Assembly: GCA_002256925.1 (NCBI GenBank)
Contig: NCGI01000002.1
Location: 1-52,982 of the forward strand
Length of the DNA stretch: 52,982 nucleotides
Direction of reading: 5' to 3'
From: Polaromonas sp. 28-63-22
Lineage (GTDB): Bacteria > Pseudomonadota > Gammaproteobacteria > Burkholderiales > Burkholderiaceae_C
Below the pieces are notes generated by a model, which was not told where the DNA came from, made no database searches, and saw nothing but the letters and a program-made list of their open reading frames with translations. Position numbers and translations under genes: made by a program. Below, piece after piece: positions 18,384-27,242 of the stretch (position 1 is its first letter; every line of letters begins with the position of its first letter).

Positions 18384-19014
18384 CACACACCTCCTGCGCG
18401 GTTTCCAGCTGGGCGAAGGTGCCGGTGTTGCGGTCGAAGACCACCTTGGCACGGGTGATGCACGGCGCGTGAGGGCCGGTGTTGTTGATCAGCCGGTGCC
18501 GCGCCGGCGTGCCGGGTTTGGAGGGCTTCATGCACAGCAGGTAGCCGGCACGCGCCAGGTGCGCGACGTAGCTCTTGGCGGTTTGCGGCGTGACTACCAC
18601 GGTGCCCAGCGTGGCGTTGCGGGCAATGTCCAGGTAATCAAAGCTGGGCAGCACCTTCATGGCGCGCCACATGGCTTCGGTGCCCTGGCCCTGGGTGACG
18701 CGGGCGCCCTTCATGCTGACGCGGGGTGCATCGGCCTGGCGGCGAGCCAGGCGGTACAGCAGCGGCTTGTTCATCACGGCTTTCTTGCCGGCGCCGACAC
18801 CGGTGCGCTTGAGCCAGCCGGCTTGCTCCAGGTCGTCGCAGTAGTCGTCCACCAGGCTCAGGCTGACCATCGGCTGGCAGTGGTCCTGAATCGTTTCCTT
18901 GTCGAAGCCGGCGGCGCGGCTGGGCAGCGCGTCAAGCAGCAGCAGCGCTTCCCAGACGCGTTCACGCGGGGTTTTAAGGCCCCTTAATTCCATTTCAATG
19001 GGCTTGCGGCTCAT
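18370..19014 (-). CDS. Conserved transposable-phage protein downstream of B (tandem wHTH-like)
   Basis: MWRAMK, AKSYVAHLARAGYL, NTGPHAP and VFDRN pattern. Confidence 0.7.
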   Translation of the reverse strand: MSRKPIEMELRGLKTPRERVWEALLLLDALPSRAAGFDKETIQDHCQPMVSLSLVDDYCDDLEQAGWLKRTGVGAGKKAVMNKPLLYRLARRQADAPRVSMKGARVTQGQGTEAMWRAMKVLPSFDYLDIARNATLGTVVVTPQTAKSYVAHLARAGYLLCMKPSKPGTPARHRLINNTGPHAPCITRAKVVFDRNTGTFAQLETAQEVCDALE

Positions 19015-19766
19015 GCGCGCCCCTTGCGGCCGGGCTGGCCCAGCATGCCGGCCAGCGGCGTGGTGGTGCCCGCCAGCTTGCAGGCCTCGCGCAGCGCCTT
19101 CAGTTCGTTGTAGACGCGGCGTGCCACGCCGCCGGTCTTGCTGACCAGGGCGTCGATCACGTCCGGTGTGAACGTCAGGTCGCCGGCGTGGTGCGCGGCC
19201 AGACGCTTGACGTCGGCGGCGTCGCAGGGCATGGCTTCCTTCCAGACCAACACGCGGTCGTGGAAGCGTTCATGGCGGCTCAGCAGCTTGCGCTTCAAGT
19301 CCTGCTCGCCGATCAGGAAGATCGGGATCGTGGTGTTGTCGTGGATGGTGCGGATGAAGTCGATGGTGCTTTTTTCGGCGATGTAATCGACCTCATCAAT
19401 CACCAGCGGGCGGCCCAGCTGCTGCAGGCGGCGCACGATCTGCTCGTACAGCACCGACACCGGCCACTGGGTCTTGGTCTGGATGCCGAGCTCGACGCAC
19501 AGCAGCTGCGCCAGCGTCTTGGTGGTGTCGAACATGCGCACACTGACAAACACCGCGTTGCGGCCCTGTGGGTGCGCCAGGTACATGGCGGCCTGGGTTT
19601 TGCCGTAGCCGGGCGGGCCGTAGAGCACGGCCATGTGCGGCGCACCGATGTCATTGACGTCGGTGATCTCGCTGATCGCCTGGATGGCAATGGCGACGTT
19701 GGTGAGCTTGGCGACCTGCTGACCGGGCTGGTACAGGTCCATTTGATTCGCTTCTTGCTTTGACAT
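19011..19766 (-). CDS. MuB-like AAA+ transposition ATPase
   Basis: Walker A GPPGYGKT, Walker B LVIDEVD, R.IHD; directly after the transposase. Confidence 0.9.
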   Translation of the reverse strand: MSKQEANQMDLYQPGQQVAKLTNVAIAIQAISEITDVNDIGAPHMAVLYGPPGYGKTQAAMYLAHPQGRNAVFVSVRMFDTTKTLAQLLCVELGIQTKTQWPVSVLYEQIVRRLQQLGRPLVIDEVDYIAEKSTIDFIRTIHDNTTIPIFLIGEQDLKRKLLSRHERFHDRVLVWKEAMPCDAADVKRLAAHHAGDLTFTPDVIDALVSKTGGVARRVYNELKALREACKLAGTTTPLAGMLGQPGRKGRA

Positions 19767-19808
19767 ACACTTCCTTCGTTAGTGACTTGAAAATTGCGTT
19801 TTCTGGAA

Positions 19809-19844
19809 CCCGCCCGCGTTTGCCGCGCCGGCGGGTTTTCTTTT
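19809..19844 (+). terminator. Hairpin with U-tract between A and B, oriented against the early operon
   Basis: ACCCGCC...GGCGGGT followed by TTTCTTTT on the plus strand. Confidence 0.45.
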
Positions 19845-19847
19845 GGC

Positions 19848-22034
19848 CTAGCCGGTTGCTGCGTCCTCCATCGGGTCTTGTCCCTCATGCAGCTCGTGCC
19901 AGCTGTTCCATTCCTTGCTGCCCTGGTAGCTGGCGGCCCAGTCTTTTTCGCGCGGGCTGAGCGCCTCAAGGCGGGCCATGCGGGCCTGCAGGCGCACCCA
20001 GGCGCTGTAGCGGGCGGCCGGTGTGGCCAGCGGCAGCACGGCGGCGGGTGGGGTGGCTTGGGGCGCCTCAAAGGCCGCGCGGGCGGCGGCGCGGGCGGCG
20101 TCCTGGCTGGACATATCCAGGTGCGCCAGCACCGACTCGATTTCAGGCGTGCTGTGCTGCACCGTGCGAGGCGCGATGCGGTGCACGTTGCTGGCTTGCG
20201 CTTCGGCAGCAGCTTCACGCTCGCTGTAGATGGATTCGACGGCCTGGCGCGTCAGGCGCTTCTTCATAGACTTGCGCAGCTGATCGACCATCGGTTTGAT
20301 GGTGGCTTTCTCAATGGCCATAGCGCGGGCGGCCAGCTCGCCACGGTTGATGCCCAGCAGGCTGTGGTCGAGCGCCTGGCAGATGTAAGAGCCGTCGAGC
20401 GCGAAGACATGCAGCACGCCCAGGTCCAGCACGTCCTGGCGGCAGCGCACCGTGCTGCCCACATGGGCGGCCAACTCGGGCGCGGCGAAGAAGGCGGTGT
20501 CGAGCGGAATGCCGCGCTTCCCGACCACGCGGGTGCCCTTGCCGGCGACGGCCATCAGGAAGATGTCGAGGGCGCGGTCGTCCAGGCGGACGATGCTGGT
20601 GGTGTGGCGCTCGGCCATTTCATTCGGGCTGCAGCCCAGGCTGGAGTGCTCGCGGTTGTGGTATTCGTCCAGCCAGCCATCAATCACGCGCTGCAGCTGC
20701 TGCGCACCCATGCGCAGGTCAATCGCGCCGAGGCCGAAGCGCTGGGCGAAGGACTTGGCTGATTCGATGGCCTTGCGCTCGGCAATGCTCTTGCCGACAA
20801 AGCCTTCGAGCATGGGGAACAGGTCGTGCATCAGCGTGCCGATGAAGCGCTCGACATACGGCTTTTGCTCTGGGCTAAACGGTGTGCACAGCCGGTGCTC
20901 GATGCCCAGGCTGGTCAGCGCGAAGTCATAGTCCTGGGCGGTGTAGTCGCGGCCGTTGTCGGTCTTGATCTGCTCAGGCTTCCCCCAGGCTTGAATGCAC
21001 AACCGGGTGGCAGCCTTGACGGCGTTGCTGCTGGAAGTTGGCGCCACCACCACCTTGGCGCGGCGGGTGAACACGTCGATGCTGGCGATGATGGCGTGGC
21101 GGCGAATCTCGCCGGTACCGGCATCGACCAGGTTGAAGGCCAGATCGGCGCGCTGCTGGGCGTCGCCGATGGTGCTGTCTTGCTGCCACTGCTGGTTGGG
21201 CCGGGTGATGCCGTCCATCTGGCTGCCGAAAGCGCTGCGGTACTTGTTCTTGTAGCCGTCCGGGTTTTTGAACATCAGCAGGGCCGGCGCATTGCTGGCC
21301 TTGAAGTCGCGCAGCCAGCGCTTGAGCGTGCTGGTGGGCGGCGTGCGGGCCTTGCCGAGCTGGTCACGAATGACGCGCTGCACCTGGCGCGCGGTCGGGT
21401 CGTGCATTTCGGCCAGCGCGGCTATGAAGGTGTCGTGGAGCGACTCGTCGCGCTGCAGGGCGGTGTTGCCTTTGTCGGCACGCGGCTTGCGGTCCAGCAG
21501 CGCTTCGACGCCTTGCGTCCTCCAGGCGCGGTACCACTTGTCGAGCGTCTTGGCGGGGATGGCCGGGTAAGCGGCGCGGGTGCCGGGGTGGGCTTCGATG
21601 TGGCCGGCGGCCCACACTTGCACAAATTCCTGGATGGCGGGCCAGACGGCGGTGCCGCGCAAGCGATGGTAGGTCTCGAAGCGCTGGAACAGATCCAGGC
21701 GCGGGTTGCGCAGCGGGTCAAGCCCGCCGCGCGATTCGAGGGCGATGCCGTACTTCGCCATGCTGTTGGCGCAAGCCTGCACCTGTGCCGTCTGGCGGGC
21801 GCGCTTGCCGGCGGCCAGTGCATCGGCGGCGGGTTTGACGGCACCGGCAGCCTGGGCGGCCAGCGCCTGCTGGGTTTCTTCGGGCAGGCTGGTGCTCTGG
21901 TATTCAAAGCCGCCGCCCCGGCCCTCGCGCGGGCGGAAGGCCCAGCCTTCGGTTTCGGCGCGGCGAAGAATGTTTTGCCGGGTGGAAGGCAGGCCCGGCA
22001 GGCCGGCCAGGGAGCTTGCTGTGAGCCAGGTCAT
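19848..22034 (-). CDS. MuA-like DDE transposase
   Basis: N-terminal Mu DNA-binding domain (WLTA..LAGLPGLP....GGG.EY..LP); WQQD, KTDNGRDY and KPYVERF catalytic motifs; Mu-transposase C-terminal domain. Confidence 0.95.
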   Translation of the reverse strand: MTWLTASSLAGLPGLPSTRQNILRRAETEGWAFRPREGRGGGFEYQSTSLPEETQQALAAQAAGAVKPAADALAAGKRARQTAQVQACANSMAKYGIALESRGGLDPLRNPRLDLFQRFETYHRLRGTAVWPAIQEFVQVWAAGHIEAHPGTRAAYPAIPAKTLDKWYRAWRTQGVEALLDRKPRADKGNTALQRDESLHDTFIAALAEMHDPTARQVQRVIRDQLGKARTPPTSTLKRWLRDFKASNAPALLMFKNPDGYKNKYRSAFGSQMDGITRPNQQWQQDSTIGDAQQRADLAFNLVDAGTGEIRRHAIIASIDVFTRRAKVVVAPTSSSNAVKAATRLCIQAWGKPEQIKTDNGRDYTAQDYDFALTSLGIEHRLCTPFSPEQKPYVERFIGTLMHDLFPMLEGFVGKSIAERKAIESAKSFAQRFGLGAIDLRMGAQQLQRVIDGWLDEYHNREHSSLGCSPNEMAERHTTSIVRLDDRALDIFLMAVAGKGTRVVGKRGIPLDTAFFAAPELAAHVGSTVRCRQDVLDLGVLHVFALDGSYICQALDHSLLGINRGELAARAMAIEKATIKPMVDQLRKSMKKRLTRQAVESIYSEREAAAEAQASNVHRIAPRTVQHSTPEIESVLAHLDMSSQDAARAAARAAFEAPQATPPAAVLPLATPAARYSAWVRLQARMARLEALSPREKDWAASYQGSKEWNSWHELHEGQDPMEDAATG

Positions 22035-22345
22035 GCGGTGGCCTCGGCTGGCTGGCGGCGCTTGCGCGGCATGGTGACGGCGATCTTGCGGGTCAGGTCA
22101 AAGGCCATCTTGCGGCTGGCGGGGTTGACATAGCGTGACGGCCAGATCTGTTCGGGTCTTGTGTCCAGGGCCTTGGCCACCAGCTGCTCGGCGGCCAGCC
22201 AGGGGCTGGTCAGGACGCGGTTGATATGGCTGTATTGGTTGGCCTTCGCGATCTGGCGCAGGCTGGTGCCGCGCTTGCGGAGGGCGGCGATGACGTCAGC
22301 CGGATGCATATCCGCCTGTGCTGATGTCGTTTTATTTGTGTGCAT
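22031..22345 (-). CDS. ner: Ner/Nlp family DNA-binding protein
   Basis: DMHPADVIAALRKRGTSL and PEQIWPSRY signatures. Confidence 0.92.
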   Translation of the reverse strand: MHTNKTTSAQADMHPADVIAALRKRGTSLRQIAKANQYSHINRVLTSPWLAAEQLVAKALDTRPEQIWPSRYVNPASRKMAFDLTRKIAVTMPRKRRQPAEATA

Positions 22346-22352
22346 GCCCATG

Positions 22353-22393
22353 ATTATCAGCACAATAAAAACGGTGTCAAGCGGTTAACCGCT
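22353..22393 (-). promoter_or_regulatory. Early promoter with an adjacent palindromic operator candidate
   Basis: Minus strand TTGACA (22380-22375), 16-bp spacer, GATAAT (22358-22353); perfect 14-bp palindrome AGCGGTTAACCGCT at 22380-22393. Confidence 0.7.
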
Positions 22394-22521
22394 AAAAATG
22401 CTCAATTATTTGGGCTTTTGTAGGAATTGGACTGCTGTTCAAAATTGCAGCCTTGCGTGCGTCTTCAAACATCTACAAAATAGTGAGCATGAGCACTAAA
22501 CCGGCAGCAGGGGGCGATTCA

Positions 22522-22541
22522 CCCCCCCCCCCCCCCCCCCC
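22522..22541 (+). repeat. C20 homopolymer tract in the 5' region of the repressor
   Basis: 20 consecutive C counted directly from the sequence. Confidence 0.9.
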
Positions 22542-22597
22542 ACGAAAACCAGTCGGCGGATGCGCTCAGGGAGGCGGTCTTCGGGCCGTGTAGAACA

Positions 22598-23356
22598 ATG
22601 GACGAAAAAATAGTCGCGTACCTGCACCACGCCGCAGCGGTGCAGGACAAAGACGAGGCCAAGAAGCTGCGCGCGGCGGCGCGCGATGAATTCATGCATT
22701 TGTTCGGCGAGCGTTGCAAACTGGCACGCGGACCACGCCCGATTGAAGAGGTGGCCAGCGCCGTGGGCGTCCATCGCAACACGATCTGGAACCTGGAGCG
22801 CGGCGCCAGCCTGCCGGATGCTTTTGAATTGGAGGTATTGGCGCATGCACTGGAGACCACGCCGGCCACCTTGCTGGAGGAGGCGCTGCCGACAGCGATG
22901 CCGGCTGGGCGCGTGCGCAAAAGCCTGCGCGCCGTTGAGGCGTCGGGCGTGCTCTATGTGCCGATGTTCGACCCGGACTCCGGGTTCGATAGCCTGGACG
23001 GCGTCAGTGGCATGCGCCCGTTTGAAAGCACGATGATTCGCGGCGAGTTGCGCATCGACCACGACCGGCTGGCGATGGCGCGGGTCGAGGGCGCGTCAAT
23101 GGAGCCTCTGCTGCGGCCGCACGACACGGTGCTGATCGACCTGAAAGACCGCGACGTGAAGACCGAGGGCGTGCACATGGTGCGGCTGGATGGTGCGCTG
23201 CTGGTCAAGAAGCTGCAGCGGCTGCCGGGCAAAGTGCTGCGCGTGAGCAGCTACAACCCGAGCTATGAGCCTTTCGATGTGTCGGGCAAGGATGATGCCG
23301 ATCGGGATTTTTCGGTGATTGGGCGGGTTCGGTGGGCGGGAGTCAGTTTTAATTAA
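22598..23356 (+). CDS. CI-like repressor (XRE HTH + S24 peptidase); true start may be 22489
   Basis: IEEVASAVGVHRNTIWNLERG HTH, GASMEP and LVKKL S24 catalytic motifs; divergent from ner. Confidence 0.88.
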   Translation: MDEKIVAYLHHAAAVQDKDEAKKLRAAARDEFMHLFGERCKLARGPRPIEEVASAVGVHRNTIWNLERGASLPDAFELEVLAHALETTPATLLEEALPTAMPAGRVRKSLRAVEASGVLYVPMFDPDSGFDSLDGVSGMRPFESTMIRGELRIDHDRLAMARVEGASMEPLLRPHDTVLIDLKDRDVKTEGVHMVRLDGALLVKKLQRLPGKVLRVSSYNPSYEPFDVSGKDDADRDFSVIGRVRWAGVSFN

Positions 23357-23368
23357 AGGGAGAAGGTC

Positions 23369-23785
23369 ATGAAAGTCAAGTTCTTGTTTGTGTTGACGTT
23401 GCTTCTGGGTGTTTCAGGCGTCTTCGCGCAAGAGGCGGTGATGGGGGCTTTAAACGCGGCTTGCCCCGGCCTGAAAACCTATGCCGATCAGATCGCTATG
23501 TCCGCGCCGGAGCGCGGCCTGGCTGACCTGACGTCATCGCGCGAACGCGGCTGGACCGCCGTACACAACGTCACAGCCAAGGTTACGGACGCAACGCGCG
23601 GCAAATTGGCCGGGGAATACAGGGCGACGGGAAACGTGTGCATCTTCTCGGTAGAGGCCGAGAAGATGAAGGCTGTGGCAGTGTCCAAGAGCGCCTGCAT
23701 GGCGATCTGTCGGGACAAGCTGCCGGCTGGAAAGCCTTACCTGGCCTTTTATGGGGTTGATGGCACAGAGCAGCTGCTCCGCTGA
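23369..23785 (+). CDS. Secreted hypothetical protein (4 Cys), moron-like
   Basis: Sec signal MKVKFLFVLTLLLGVSGVFA; SD GGAG; immediately after the repressor. Confidence 0.7.
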   Translation: MKVKFLFVLTLLLGVSGVFAQEAVMGALNAACPGLKTYADQIAMSAPERGLADLTSSRERGWTAVHNVTAKVTDATRGKLAGEYRATGNVCIFSVEAEKMKAVAVSKSACMAICRDKLPAGKPYLAFYGVDGTEQLLR

Positions 23786-23797
23786 GCTGTAGCTGCG

Positions 23798-24409
23798 ATG
23801 CGGAATTCGGCAGGCTCTGGGTTGCTCGTGCTGGTTGTGGTGCTAGCTGGGCTTTGGGAGCTTGCGCAGCAGTGGTGGTTTTGGGTGGGTGTGTTACCCG
23901 TGGCGGCATTGATCTGGGATTACTTCAGTCGACCGCCGAAGCCGAAAGTGCGACCTGTGGCGTGGTCAACTCGGTCACAGCAGGCGACCAACATGACAAG
24001 GCCGACGATGGTTATTCATGATGACTACGTCGAGTGCCAGAACTTTATGGCTGCGGAGGATTGGGACGCCGCGCGCCGTGTGCTTCAGGGGATCGCTTAC
24101 TCAATGCCGGATGAAACGCCAGAGGTCAAGGCGCGGTTTACGGCCCTGATGAAAGAGTTCGCATCCAGAGACCCGCTGGTTAGCGGTGTGCTGCGGATCG
24201 CCATGCCGCTGATTCGCGAACAGCCGGGCATCATGCAAACCGCGATGTATAAACACCTGCCAGGCATCGGGCCGGAAGAGGCGCGCTACACCTTTTATTT
24301 TGCCGAGCAGCTTGGCATTTTGCGCCGGGAAAAGAAAGGCAACAGTTACCGGCTGCTGCCCGTTGGTGAGATCATAGATGGCGGTTTAAGCCTGAGTAAA
24401 CCGATTTAA
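23798..24409 (+). CDS. Membrane-anchored hypothetical protein, moron-like
   Basis: Two N-terminal hydrophobic segments; C-terminal wHTH-like EQPGIMQ..MYK...LRREKKGNSYRL. Confidence 0.65.
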   Translation: MRNSAGSGLLVLVVVLAGLWELAQQWWFWVGVLPVAALIWDYFSRPPKPKVRPVAWSTRSQQATNMTRPTMVIHDDYVECQNFMAAEDWDAARRVLQGIAYSMPDETPEVKARFTALMKEFASRDPLVSGVLRIAMPLIREQPGIMQTAMYKHLPGIGPEEARYTFYFAEQLGILRREKKGNSYRLLPVGEIIDGGLSLSKPI

Positions 24410-24412
24410 AAG
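24397..24412 (+). promoter_or_regulatory. Candidate late-promoter activator site (lysis operon)
   Basis: TAAACCGATTTAAAAG, identical to 47254-47269; ends 32 bp before the endolysin ATG. Confidence 0.6.
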
Positions 24413-24444
24413 CCACCCTCGCGCGCACGCGGCAAAGTCGCTGC

Positions 24445-25116
24445 ATGCTCGCCACACCGCTCGCCACCACCTCCAGCCACGCCGCCGACCAGCCGGCCAC
24501 TTACCGGCCGATTGACCTGGTTGTCATTCACTGTGCGGCGACGCCCAGCGGCAAGCCCTTGCAACAAGGCAAGCCCGGCACGCCGGGCTTCCTGAATGCG
24601 CCGCAGGTCATCAATGCCTGGCACGCGGCGCGCGGCTTCAGCCGGCAGCGGGCGGCGGTGGCGGCCTTCAATGGCCGCCTGCCTTCTATTGGCTACCACT
24701 TTGTGATTGACCTGACCGGCGAGGTCTGGACCGGGCGCGGCCTGAATGAGGTGGGCGCGCACGCGGCGCAGTTCAATGCGCGCAGCGTCGGCATCTGCCT
24801 GGTGGGCGGCGCCGAGCGTGAGGCGCAGTACACCGCCAAACAATGGAAAAGCCTGCGCGAGGTGGTGACCATGCTGCTGATGCAGCGCCACATTCCACTG
24901 GCGCCACCGCAGCGCGTGCCTGACAAGGCCAGCCCGCTGGGCTACATGGTGCGCGGCGGCATTTGCGGCCACCGCGACTTGTCGCCCGACGGCAATGGCA
25001 ACGGGCTGATCGAACCCTTCGAGTGGACCAAGACCTGCCCCGGCTTTGACGTGCGCGCCTGGCTGGCGCGCGGTATGGAGCCGCCGCCTGGCCAGATCTG
25101 CGAGGCGAGGCCATGA
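24445..25116 (+). CDS. Endolysin, N-acetylmuramoyl-L-alanine amidase (Amidase_2, T7-lysozyme-like)
   Basis: VVIHCAAT, GYHFVI, GAHA, GICLVGG, GHRDLSPD and K.CPGFDV motifs. Confidence 0.92.
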   Translation: MLATPLATTSSHAADQPATYRPIDLVVIHCAATPSGKPLQQGKPGTPGFLNAPQVINAWHAARGFSRQRAAVAAFNGRLPSIGYHFVIDLTGEVWTGRGLNEVGAHAAQFNARSVGICLVGGAEREAQYTAKQWKSLREVVTMLLMQRHIPLAPPQRVPDKASPLGYMVRGGICGHRDLSPDGNGNGLIEPFEWTKTCPGFDVRAWLARGMEPPPGQICEARP

Positions 25117-25325
25117 CGGAAGTCGCTGCGCCCCTCGTCAAGCCCTGGTGGAAGTCAAAAACACTGTGGGTCAACGCCGCCATGCTGGCGCTGGCCGCCG
25201 CCGAGACGCAGCTCAACGTTTTGCAGGGCGTCTTGCCCGGTGGCTTGTTTCCTTGGCTGGCTTTCACGCTGCCTGTGGTCAATGCCGCCCTGCGATTCAT
25301 CACCACGACCGGGGTTGGCAAATGA
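25113..25325 (+). CDS. Holin-like protein
   Basis: KPWWKSKTLWVN, two TMs, LRFITT; between endolysin and spanin. Confidence 0.75.
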   Translation: MTEVAAPLVKPWWKSKTLWVNAAMLALAAAETQLNVLQGVLPGGLFPWLAFTLPVVNAALRFITTTGVGK

Positions 25326-25936
25326 GCGCCATCGCGTTGCGCTGGCTGGCCGGCTTGGCGGTGATCGCCGCCATCTTTGCCGCCGGCTACTGGCGCGGCG
25401 ATGTGGCGCGTGACAACGCCTGGATTGCGGCCAATCTTAAAACCGAACGCGCGGCCGCTAAGGCCTACCAGGCCGAAGTCCAGCGCGCCGACCAGGCCGT
25501 GGCCGACCTGGGCAGCTTTGCCCGCGCGCAGACCGCGCGCTACACCGAACTTACCGGAGCTTTCAATGAACTACGCCGTTCTCCTCGTTACCGCCTTGTG
25601 TCTGGTCGGCCTGCAGCTGCTGTGGCTGTTTGTGCGCCTGTTGATCGACCTGAAGGAGCTACACCCCCAAACCTGGCTGAACCGGGCGATACCGGTGGCG
25701 GCGCTGATCTGCGTCTTTCTGCTGGTGCTGTCTGGATGTGGAACAGCGCCCTTGCAGGCTCAGACCAGCCCAGCGGTGCCTGCGGCCTTGCTGACCCCGC
25801 CTCGCCCGCCTGTGTTGCTCAAACCGACATCACCCTCGACGACGCCTGGGATAACCAGACCGTCAACGCCCAGCAGTGCGCCGAAGACCGGCTCAACCAC
25901 CAAAACCTGATTGACTTTTTGAAAGCAAAGAAATGA
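25322..25936 (+). CDS. Rz-like inner-membrane spanin
   Basis: N-terminal TM (AGYWRG) followed by a coiled coil; lysis cassette position. Confidence 0.7.
   Translation: MSAIALRWLAGLAVIAAIFAAGYWRGDVARDNAWIAANLKTERAAAKAYQAEVQRADQAVADLGSFARAQTARYTELTGAFNELRRSPRYRLVSGRPAAAVAVCAPVDRPEGATPPNLAEPGDTGGGADLRLSAGAVWMWNSALAGSDQPSGACGLADPASPACVAQTDITLDDAWDNQTVNAQQCAEDRLNHQNLIDFLKAKK
25566..25910 (+). CDS. Rz1-like outer-membrane spanin lipoprotein embedded in Rz (+1 frame); start uncertain
   Basis: Lipobox LSGC followed by Pro-rich PAVPAALLTPPRPPVLL; entirely within Rz. Confidence 0.65.
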   Translation: MNYAVLLVTALCLVGLQLLWLFVRLLIDLKELHPQTWLNRAIPVAALICVFLLVLSGCGTAPLQAQTSPAVPAALLTPPRPPVLLKPTSPSTTPGITRPSTPSSAPKTGSTTKT

Positions 25937-26445
25937 AAAAACTCTTTAACCGCGCTTTAAGCGCCACTGCATTCGCCCTGCTGGCTCTGGCTGCGCCGTT
26001 GTCGCATGCGGTCGCCCTGTCCGATTACCTCGAAAACAAGCTGATCGACCACGTCTTTCGCGGCCAGGCTTACACGGCCCCGGTCACCATCTATGTGGCG
26101 CTCTACACCACGGCCTGCAGCGACGCTGGGGGCGGCACGGAGGTGACCGGCGGCAGCTATGCGCGGGCTTCCGTGGCTCCCAGCCTGGCGAACTGGGCCG
26201 GCACGCAGGCGACCGCCAGTACCACGGCCAGCACCGGCACCGGCGGCACCACCAGCAACAACGGCGTCATCACCTTCGCCACGCCCACGGCGGGCTGGGG
26301 CGCCGTCACGCATGTGGGTCTGGTGGACGCGGTGACGGCCGGCAACCTGCTGATCTGCACCGCGCTGACGACCGGGAAGACCATCAACACTGGCGACACG
26401 GTGACCTTCCCGGCCGCCTCGCTGACGACCACGATCGACAACTGA
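25933..26445 (+). CDS. Phage fibre-like beta protein with an N-terminal signal peptide
   Basis: SDYLENKLIDH.FRG, YVALYT, EVTGGSYAR, ITF..PTA.WG.VTH and GD...FPAA.L pattern; Thr/Gly-rich. Confidence 0.65.
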   Translation: MKKLFNRALSATAFALLALAAPLSHAVALSDYLENKLIDHVFRGQAYTAPVTIYVALYTTACSDAGGGTEVTGGSYARASVAPSLANWAGTQATASTTASTGTGGTTSNNGVITFATPTAGWGAVTHVGLVDAVTAGNLLICTALTTGKTINTGDTVTFPAASLTTTIDN

Positions 26446-26446
26446 T

Positions 26447-27241
26447 ATGGCCATTGCCAGCGTCAACGACTGGATCGCGTCGGCCAAGCAGTACCTGAGC
26501 CTGGCGAAGACGGCATCGCGCGTCAGCGTGGCCACCGCCTGGTTTGGCGTGCTCGACCTGGCGGGCAACCCGGGCGCCGGCGTGCTGGCCGGCACTTCGA
26601 CGGCGGCCGGCGTGGTGCCGACCGATGCGACCGCCGGCGTGCCGCTGATCAATGCCTTCGGCGGGGCCGCCAAGGGCTACCTGGCGCAGGTGGACTTTGG
26701 CAACTCGGTCGCCTGCCGCATGAAGCTGTTCGACCTGCTGTTCAAGGCCGGGGCCTATGCCTTCAACGCCGCCCAGGCGCTGGCGGCGCAGCCGGCCTAC
26801 AGCAGCCGGGTGCCGGGCGGGACCGATTTCACGGACACACAGATCTGGATTGAGTTTGTCACCGCCTCGACCGGCGTGCAATCGGTGGCGGTCACTTACA
26901 CCAACCAGGCCGGCGTGGCTGCGAAGACCACCGGCACCGTGGTGACGGTAGCCGGCACCGTGGGACGGATGCTGCAGCTGCCGCTGGCTGCGGGCGACAC
27001 CGGCGTGCAGAAGATCGAAAGCGTCACCGGCACGGTGGCCACCGCTGGCACCTTCAACATTCTCGTGCTGCGGCCGCTGTGGTCGGGCCGGGTGCGCATG
27101 GCCAACGATGGTGACGTGCACGATCTGTTCAAGACCGGCATGCCCGAGCTGTACGCCGATTCGGCGCTGCTGCTGGCCGTCAACGCCGACGGTACGGCCA
27201 CAGGCGTGCCCGAACTGGAACTGGTGATCGCGAACAACTGA
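26447..27241 (+). CDS. Putative virion/fibre-associated protein
   Basis: Thr/Ala/Gly-rich; VTYTNQAG and LPLAAGDTGV..I.SV pattern. Confidence 0.55.
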   Translation: MAIASVNDWIASAKQYLSLAKTASRVSVATAWFGVLDLAGNPGAGVLAGTSTAAGVVPTDATAGVPLINAFGGAAKGYLAQVDFGNSVACRMKLFDLLFKAGAYAFNAAQALAAQPAYSSRVPGGTDFTDTQIWIEFVTASTGVQSVAVTYTNQAGVAAKTTGTVVTVAGTVGRMLQLPLAAGDTGVQKIESVTGTVATAGTFNILVLRPLWSGRVRMANDGDVHDLFKTGMPELYADSALLLAVNADGTATGVPELELVIANN

Positions 27242-27242
27242 C

